Source: a virus
Taxonomy: Duplodnaviria; Heunggongvirae; Uroviricota; Caudoviricetes
IMG/VR virus record: IMGVR_UViG_3300005683_000050
Location: 21,669 to 85,668 of that record
Direction: 5' to 3' (one strand)
Length of the DNA stretch: 64,000 nucleotides
The position numbers and the translations under genes were made by a program. The number at the start of each line of letters is the position of its first letter. Position 1 is the first letter of the stretch. Shown here in pieces: positions 41,089 to 48,945 of the stretch. Under the pieces are notes generated by a model that saw nothing but the letters and a program-made list of their open reading frames with translations, had not been told where the DNA came from and did not search any database.

Positions 41089-43423
41089 ATGGAAAACAAA
41101 ATGACACACCCAAACAAGAATGCCGCAATTAACGCCGCGCGCTTCGCTAGCACTTTTGACGGTGTAGCGTACGCTGTAGTAGCATTGATGGGCGGAATTT
41201 TCGAAATTTGCAAGGTGTCGGAATTGCGCGATTTTAGCATGGTCATAGTCGCGTACAAGTACGGGCGGATATTCAATCTGAATTGAGCTCTTGACAAATT
41301 TCCCTATCCGCGCTATAATGCTCTTGTAGGCAAAATTCACAAAAGGGGTGAAACGTGATTATCAAAGTCGGCAAGAAAACGGGTGTTGACCTCAGCACGG
41401 GCAAGGTAGTACTGTTGGGCAAGGGCAAGGGCAAGTAGGGGCTAACGCCCCTTTTTTTTGATTCGCAATAGAACATCTGTTCCACGCGGTTACATAAGAA
41501 TTTTTGAATAGTTGGCAAAGCGGGCGGTTACACAAGATTTTAGATTCAGAAAACTACGCTTTATAGTTAGGATTCCATAGAACATTTGTTCCATTTCTAG
41601 GACTTGGGCCTTTTTGGCGGTTTGCGATAAAATCAAAAAAGCGGGATACTTGACAAAAAAAACTATTCCGCGTATAATGAGTATATGGAAAACAAGATAA
41701 CAAAAATCAACGAATTGATGAAAGCATTAATGCCCCAAATTTACATTGATGCATACAGTAAAGATGCCAAAGATTTTTTATATTTCGGGTTTCTCGAACG
41801 CCCTGGACAATTACTCTTGGCTGTTATCCAAGAGACATGGATTGTAGAATTCAAGGATTGGTATAGTGGGGAGATTCTGCAAATTTACCAGGGGACGGAC
41901 GCTGAACGCGCTTTTAGTTTGTTTTATGAACGGGCGCGTTTAATCAAGGCGATACAAGAATAAAAAAGGGGAAAAAACAATGCCTATCGAAATCATTGTC
42001 GCAATCGGACTCGCTGTAGCATTCAGTGTCTCGTTGACTCTCACATTTTCGGCAAAACGTCAACGGGCTGTCAAGTACGGCAAGAATCGGTACGAACGCC
42101 TATCGCGGTGATAGGCATTTTTGGTGGTTACATAAGACGGCAGTATAGAACATCCGTTCTATTTTAACGCTGGCTGCCGCTCCTGCCCTCTTGCGGTATC
42201 CCCGCTCACCTACATTATCGCAGATTCACACAATTTTGTCAAGTAGAACATTTGTTCTGGTCGGTTACATAAGACGGGCGTACAAAAAAAAACCCCTTGC
42301 GGGGCTACATTTCGATATTTCGCCAAAAAAATATAAAGGCAGTACCAAAAACGACGGCGAAAATCAGGGTAGGAATAATGTTTTCCATTGTATGCGCTCC
42401 CTTGTGAATGCTTGCTTGCCTATGTTTTAAGTATAGGTCAAATGAAGAAATTTGTCAACAGTCAAAAATGACTCGATTCTACCTATTGACAAAAACGAAA
42501 TTTTGCGTATAATAGACTATAGAGGGGTGAAAAATGTCAACAGAATTCTCTTTTGTCACTGGTAACAATGAACTCCATGAATTTGCCTTGCAATCTTGCG
42601 GTTGGCAATTTTCGTTCACACGCCCGCTTGACAAAACCGCCGCGCCGTGATACAATGCTCTTGTAGGCAAACTTCACAGGGAGATGAAAAATGACACACA
42701 GTGAAGCAATCGCACAAGCGCAGAATGTGTATCGAGCAATCCACATGTACGTTGTCAAATTTCCAGATGGCACATTTGGAGTTGCAGAGGGGTACAAGGT
42801 CACAAGCGATGGGCGCGCTGAAGTTTACGGAAAAAATGGGCGCGCGATGGAGCATTACTTTCGCACGCAATACTGTGGGCGTTTTGATGAATCTGGTACA
42901 TACAAATTTGGGACGGATTGACCAAAGGGGAGCGTATGGACACAAAACAAATGCTTGAAAAAGCGATGGAATACAATGGCGCAAAACGCGCGAAACTGAT
43001 TTTGCTCGCGGTGTGTCTCGATGTGAACAACGAGCTCACTAACGCTGAACGTGCCGAAGCTTTGCTGAATGCGTACAACGCTCTCCAATTTGAAGAAGAC
43101 CCTGTAAATTTGGAAATTTGACAAAAAAACAAGACCGTGCTATACTACTTTTGTCGGCGGAGATTTACGAAAAGTACCTTAATCTCTGCCGACAACTCCC
43201 AAAAAGGATAAACACCAAAATGACAGAAACATGGCACGTAGTAAAATACGCAAGCGACGGTACGGTACTTGCAAGATTCGAGACTGAAAATTTGAATGAA
43301 CGCGCCCTGCAAGAATGGTGTGATGAGCAAAAAGGTAGAAAAGTCGTTGCAACAGCCGAAGGAAATTTCGTCACGTTTGAATACAAAATCCCAACTTGGC
43401 GCAACCAAGAATTCGATTTCTAA
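41089..43423 (+). CDS. Small hypothetical genes and micropeptides (41089-41286, 41355-41438, 41685-41963, 41980-42111, 42691-42921, 42936-43121, 43220-43423)
   Basis: Promoter/SD or leaderless architecture. Confidence 0.6.
42305..42388 (-). CDS. 27-aa hydrophobic membrane micropeptide
   Basis: Minus TTGACA-17-TATACT, AAGGGAG SD; MENIIPTLIFAVVFGTAFIFFWRNIEM. Confidence 0.6.
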   Translation of the reverse strand: MENIIPTLIFAVVFGTAFIFFWRNIEM

Positions 43424-44185
43424 AAAAGAAAACCGCGAATTATATCGCGGTTTTCTCATTTTTCGACCACGAGCCTTTCGACCACGAGGATTCGACCACG
43501 AGCCTTTCGACCACGGGGTATTGCTCGGCACAGATTTTACCCAAATTTTGCCCGTCTTGGGTAACTCCGCCCCGATTTTCCGAACTTTTGTTCTAAAATG
43601 ACGTTTTTTGCCTATAAAATAGGCATTTTTTCGCCTTTGACTCTATAATTATACCCCAAAACGAGATTTTTGTCAATTCCACTTTACATAACGCGCGATA
43701 GGTTACATAAGAATATGCACCAGGTAGGCGCACAATAGAACGAGTTACATAAGAATTTTAGCACTCTATCCGACAGGGTGCTAAAAAGTTACATAAGAAT
43801 AGGCGCAATTTTACGTTTTCTTTCAAATTCTTCAGTTACACAAGAATTTTTTTCCGAAAAATGCGCTTTTATAATTATAAATCCATAGAACATTTGTTCA
43901 CATTCTAGGACTTGGGCCTTTTGGCGGTTTGCGAAAATTCGCAAACCGCGCCGCGTAGAAAATTTGTTCTATGTCAGTGCAGAGTGCGCGAAGCATAGAA
44001 CGTCCGTTCTACTCGCAGGTCGTTGGGTGTTAGAACGGATGTTCGGTTACATAAGACGCGGCAGGTCGCGTTTCGAGCGTTAGAACGGACGTTCTAATTT
44101 CGTGGTTACATAAGATTGCGCTCACAAGCCTAGCGCGGTTACATAAGACGGACGTACAAAAAAAATGCCCTTGCGGGCATTTTTT
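43424..44185. other. Gene-free, repeat-rich convergence region (terminator, TTCGACCACG x4, GTTACATAAGA array, LexA boxes, AT-rich tract)
   Basis: Read directly; the rightward and leftward early arms meet here. Confidence 0.8.
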
Positions 44186-44638
44186 CTATTTATTCACCAC
44201 AATTTTTCCCGCGCCCTTGCCATTTGAGGCCTTTTGTAATCGCAAGAATAAATCGGTACGCGGATTGTCGTTTCCGTCAAGAAACAACATTTCGGTACTG
44301 ATTCCGTCTTTCAGGAACTCCAGGCAAATTTTTTGTAGTTCATCTGAAAGATACCAAACTAAAGTCCCAACTACAAACGAGCGAAATTGACGCCGCATTT
44401 CCGCGCGGATTGCATCAATTTCGCGCGCGGTGTCATTCAGCGCGTGTATGTCAATCGCATTATCGCCACTTAAGGCAACAAATTTTTTCCAATTGCGTTT
44501 GCCATTATCTTTGCATTCATTGTACGGGTCTCCGCGTCCCCCGCGGAACTCGTTCGCAATTTCGCGCCGTTTTCTATTCAGCGCGATAATGTCATTCAAA
44601 AATTCTGCAATTCTTTCAAGTTCTTGTGCGATAATCAT
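44186..44638 (-). CDS. Hypothetical protein
   Basis: Start moved to MIIAQE after the shared leader with AAGGGG. Confidence 0.75.
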   Translation of the reverse strand: MIIAQELERIAEFLNDIIALNRKRREIANEFRGGRGDPYNECKDNGKRNWKKFVALSGDNAIDIHALNDTAREIDAIRAEMRRQFRSFVVGTLVWYLSDELQKICLEFLKDGISTEMLFLDGNDNPRTDLFLRLQKASNGKGAGKIVVNK

Positions 44639-45130
44639 TTTGTTTGCCCCTTGTGATTTTGCGGATGCCCTATTACATCCCCACACCAACATTATAGCAG
44701 ATTGCAAAAAAAACACAAGCGCGTCAACCTTAAAGATTCCGCGCGGTTTCGCGTCAATTCTTTAAGGTATGGATGTTCTATTCGCAGGTCGTTGCGTGTT
44801 AGCACATTCGTTCTACGCGGTTACACAAGACGCCCCGAAACAACGTCTAGAACGGATGTTCTATTTTGACGCTGGCTGCCGCTCCTGCCCTCCTCCGCGC
44901 TTGCGGTCAAACGTAGTATCGCGCCGATTGTGCCGCGTGTCAACTAGCACTTTTGTTCTACTCGCAGGTCGTTGGGTGTTAGAACGGATGTTCGGTTACA
45001 TAAGACGCGGCGGGTCGTTGCGCGTGCTAGAACAGATGTTCTATTCGCAGGTCGTTGGACGTTAGCACATTTGTTCTATGCGGTTACACAAGACAGGCGT
45101 ACAAAAAAAATTGCCCTTGCGGGCAATTCT

Positions 45131-45424
45131 CTAGCTCCAGTCCCATACTTCTTCTACGCGCAATCCTTGCGTGTTATTCCTGTACGATTCGCGCAACATA
45201 ATAGTTGTGACGCGGCGATTGCGAATAACTGCAACAATCGTATCACCCGTTGATTGTCCCGCGTGAACAGTGTATCCGATTTTATACAAGATAACTGCTG
45301 TGTCGCGCGTAGCTTGCTTCGCGGCATTGTTCGCAGCGCGTGCGATGTTTGCGGCAATTTTGTCGCCAATGCTTTTTTTAACTCTTGAATCAACCCTGTC
45401 CGCAGCATGTCCAAAGATTGCCAT
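45131..45424 (-). CDS. Hypothetical protein
   Basis: Start moved to MAIFGH after the shared leader. Confidence 0.7.
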   Translation of the reverse strand: MAIFGHAADRVDSRVKKSIGDKIAANIARAANNAAKQATRDTAVILYKIGYTVHAGQSTGDTIVAVIRNRRVTTIMLRESYRNNTQGLRVEEVWDWS

Positions 45425-45692
45425 TTTGTTTGCCCCTTGTGATTTTGCGGATGCCCTATTGCATCCCCACACCAACATTATCGCATAGGTCACACCGCGT
45501 GTCAACTAGCACTTTTGTTCTACTCGCAGGTCGTTGGGTGTTAGAACGGATGTTCGGTTACATAAGACGCGGCAGGTCGTTGCGCGTGCTAGAACAGATG
45601 TTCTATTCGCAGGTCGTTGGACGTTAGCACATTTGTTCTATACGGTTACATAAGACGGACGTACAAAAAAAATGCCCTTGCGGGCATTTTCT

Positions 45693-46163
45693 TTACTTGA
45701 AACGTTTCGCGCATACTGGCCCTATGCCATTCGCGACACTCTTTGCATCTTTTAATTTCGTCCCGCACCATACACAATAGCCGTACTGTATTGCCAATTC
45801 CTTGGCCTCTTGTGCATTCATTTTCATATCTGCATCAAGCGAATACACCGCACCACGTTCATATTCATAATCCCATTTTACCACTTCTAATTCACCATTC
45901 AGGCGGTTACCCGTGATAATGTGCAATCGCTCCGCGTATAACGCGGTTTTCGATTGATTGAATTTAACGCGGTATATGGTTTCACCGCGCTTGTAAATCC
46001 CCTCTTGCGTTACACCTGCGCGCGCCGCGCTTTGAGTCTGTACGTTTTTGCATCCATTCGCGCATGTCGCGCCGCTTTCGCGCGTCCATTCAATTTTCGT
46101 TCCTGCCAAAATTGTCGCGCCGCACTTTTTGCATTTTCCGTCAAATTTCGATGTGATAATCAT
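45693..46163 (-). CDS. DUF6011-like Zn-binding protein
   Basis: N-terminal KFDGKCKKCG; C-terminal YCVWCGTKLKDAKSVANGIGPVCAKR. Confidence 0.7.
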   Translation of the reverse strand: MIITSKFDGKCKKCGATILAGTKIEWTRESGATCANGCKNVQTQSAARAGVTQEGIYKRGETIYRVKFNQSKTALYAERLHIITGNRLNGELEVVKWDYEYERGAVYSLDADMKMNAQEAKELAIQYGYCVWCGTKLKDAKSVANGIGPVCAKRFK

Positions 46164-46491
46164 TTTTTCGCCCCTTGTGATTTTGCGGATGCCCTATTGC
46201 ATCCCCACACCAACATTATCGCATAGGTCACACCGCGTGTCAACTAGCACTTTTGTTCTATCTTGCAGGTCGTTGGGTGTTAGAACGGATGTTCGGTTAC
46301 ATAAGACGCGGCGGGTCGTTGCGCGTGCTAGAACAGATGTTCTATTCGCAGGTCGTCGGATGTTAGCACATTTGTTCTATACGGTTACATAAGATAGGCG
46401 TACAAAAAAAAATGCCCTTGCGGGCATTCTATTTTTAGAAGCGGCATTCAGGAATGCCGCGCCATTCATTTGACCTTCGCACTTTCGAGAT

Positions 46492-46956
46492 TTATTTGAC
46501 TATGGTGCAAATAGTTTTGTGAAATTTCCATCCGCCCCTTGTGTATTTGTCCGCGTTGAATTCAGAATTGACATACCATTTTTCGCCAAGTACAACTTCT
46601 GTGCCGCATTCAATAGATTGCATATATTTCACGCGCCCATTTTGCACTGCAATTTGCGCGTCCCAATTTCCATCGTCGTCAACGGAACGATAAATATCTT
46701 GCCGCGTTTCGTGCCAAAAACCCACGTACATTCCCCATTCCTTGTGAGATAACTTGACGACAAGAAAACAAGGCACGCCGTTAATTTCGGTTTCCATGTC
46801 TATTTCGCGAAAGTTCACGATTTCGTAAATTTTTCCATAGTCAGCACTGTTGTCGCCCACAGCGAACCATGTCTGTCCATTATAGTTCGGCGCGAGGTAT
46901 TCATCTGCGATTTTTTTCAGTGCGTTGAAAATTTCAGTTGCATTTTGGTTTTCCAT
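46492..46956 (-). CDS. Hypothetical protein
   Basis: 154-aa ORF with its own cassette leader. Confidence 0.75.
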   Translation of the reverse strand: MENQNATEIFNALKKIADEYLAPNYNGQTWFAVGDNSADYGKIYEIVNFREIDMETEINGVPCFLVVKLSHKEWGMYVGFWHETRQDIYRSVDDDGNWDAQIAVQNGRVKYMQSIECGTEVVLGEKWYVNSEFNADKYTRGGWKFHKTICTIVK

Positions 46957-47295
46957 TTCGGTTTGTCCTTTTGTCTGATTTGGATGCGCCCTATTGCGCC
47001 GCCACGTTCACAAGTATAGCAGGTTTTCCGAAAATTGCAAGCGCGTCAACCTTAAAGATTCCGCGCGGTTTCGCGTCAATTCTTTAAGGTGCGGATGTTC
47101 TATTCGCAGGTCGTTGCGTGTTAGCACATTTGTTCTACGCGGTTACACAAGAAAACTTTGCGCGGCGCGCGCGCGTACAGAATTCTCGGAGCGGCGCGAA
47201 CGCGCGCGCGAATGCACTCGGTTTACGTCTAACGACTGAGGGTATCTGTGTTTGTAGAATCTTGTATTACTATACTAGAGCGTCTATAGAGGGAC

Positions 47296-48548
47296 TCAGG
47301 AATCCTCTGAGAAACGAATGCGTTCGCGTTCGTTTCTATCCACAAGACTATTGACAACAGTAAAAGAGTCTGTAAGGATAAGAATACCAATCGCGAAGAA
47401 TATAAGTGTCTGATTGCTGTTATTTAGAAGTAATAGCACAGCGAGAATGGTGTGAGAAAAAGCATATAAAGCTCGAAAGGCAGAGTTGCGAATGTGTATT
47501 CGATTAAGTTTTAAGTAGCGACTTTCTAAGTTTTCAGATAAAATAATGTTTCTTGTTTTTAATTCTTCGTAAAGAGACAGCAAAGAGACCAAAGTGGTAG
47601 CGAGGGACACAAAGACAAGGAGATGTCCCAATATCTTATCCATGACGCACCTCCATCATAATCATATTAAACTCTGTTTCCATCAGAAAGATACGACGTT
47701 CAATTTCTGATTGTTTTTTGCGGGCGAGTTCGATTTGACGCGCCCTATCTGGGGGAACAGTAGGATGTCTGAATTTATATATAAACTCAATGATTCTGTC
47801 AAGCATCTCTGTGTCCTTTTTTAGTAATTTCAACAATACGGTCAGCGAGTTCAGTTCCACGCAGCGCAATGTCGCGCCATTCGTCGCGTTCGCGTTGCGA
47901 TGCTTCGTACAGGTGTCCCCAGACCCACCACTTCTTATATCCACCTACCAGAATGAGTACAAGGATACCAATAGCTCCAGCGTCTCGTATCGTGCTAATA
48001 ACCTGAGAGAGAGTAATAGTAGACAAGTCCATGCGAGCCTCCTATGGCAGAACCTCAAAATCCTGAGTATACCATATTTCTCGTTGAACTTTTCCAGTAA
48101 TAGGGTCTTCGGCTATGTCTACACCTTCAATGCGCCAAGTGCCATTAGTGAGACCATCGGGGAGTTCATTATTATAGACATATTCTTTGCATCCAGGATA
48201 GCGTATTGAGCTTCCGACTTTATTTCCGACATAAATACGATACGGTTTCACCTGAACAAACTGAAATTCACCTTTATAGGGAATGGGCATTGGAGAGGTG
48301 TTGCACTTTACCGCTTTTGTAACGACATGTTTGGAGCGCAAAGTAGTAGCTGGCATATCATCAAGTCCAGATACTCGACTCAGCACAATTTGCGGGTTTT
48401 CGTTCCTTAGGGGGGTGTACGGAAAAATATCTCTGTATACACTAAGCAATATAGAGAGGTAGACTACGGTGAAGAACAGAACCACACATGTTGTAAGAAT
48501 GGTTGGAATTATTTTAGGATGTTGCCTCAAAGAACGTTTCTGCGTCAT
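47296..48548 (-). CDS. Membrane/holin-like lysis-region genes (47296-47643, 47636-47806, 47799-48032, 48042-48548)
   Basis: Hydrophobic TM segments; position at the distal end of the tail operon; overlapping starts and stops. Confidence 0.6.
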
Positions 48549-48915
48549 CTTCCTTAATTAACCACTGAAGCAGTGAAAGGTTTATGGCGTTAATATCGAG
48601 ATTCTCTGCGGCGAATACTGTAAAGCGTATTTTACCGATAGGTAGATTGACCTCTTGAGCGAGAATTTCGTCAGACTCTTGTCTGAACACGTCCCGTTTT
48701 GAGGGGTCAACTCTCAGAACCTCTTTATTTTTCTCATCTGGAATAAAGTACTTTTCCTGTAAAACCTCAACTGCTTTTTGGTATGCCTCCAGGTGTGGTC
48801 GCACTGCGTTTAGGACAAGTGCTAGGGTATAGGTCATTTTTGCAGACCCTTTCTGACCACACAGTTCGGAAAGGGCAGATTGACTCACAACTAAATCTCG
48901 TAGCGTTACTTGCAT
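48514..48915 (-). CDS. Tail-region hypothetical protein (DUF1617-like)
   Basis: MQVTLRDLV...AKMTYTLALVLNAVRPHLEAY; typical position downstream of a tail fibre. Confidence 0.5.
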   Translation of the reverse strand: MQVTLRDLVVSQSALSELCGQKGSAKMTYTLALVLNAVRPHLEAYQKAVEVLQEKYFIPDEKNKEVLRVDPSKRDVFRQESDEILAQEVNLPIGKIRFTVFAAENLDINAINLSLLQWLIKEDDAETFFEATS

Positions 48916-48945
48916 TTCAATTCTCCTCAATGGGTATTTTCTATA

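Larger units (their letters stand above)
44636..47152 (-). repeat. Near-identical regulatory cassette repeats (core 44941-45127, 45503-45689, 46241-46428; leader 44636-44695, 45423-45480, 46160-46218; unit 44719-44830 and 47041-47152)
   Basis: Direct comparison; each holds terminator, LexA boxes, GTTACATAAGA and promoter/leader. Confidence 0.9.

Noticed and set aside
22183-43423. ORF-track starts at TTG/GTG inside promoters (e.g. 22183, 25173, 26908, 39226, 42918, 43118)
   Set aside because: The start is the TTG of TTGACA or TGTCAA context; real starts are the downstream leaderless or SD-led ATGs, or the ORF is spurious
43702-43847. Possible mini-CRISPR array (GTTACATAAGAA repeats with ~30-35-nt spacers; the motif loosely recalls the start of some archaeal repeats)
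   Set aside because: Repeat is only 12-13 nt, spacing drifts 42-47 bp, one spacer is a self-hairpin, the motif is dispersed across 30 kb, and no cas genes are in the window
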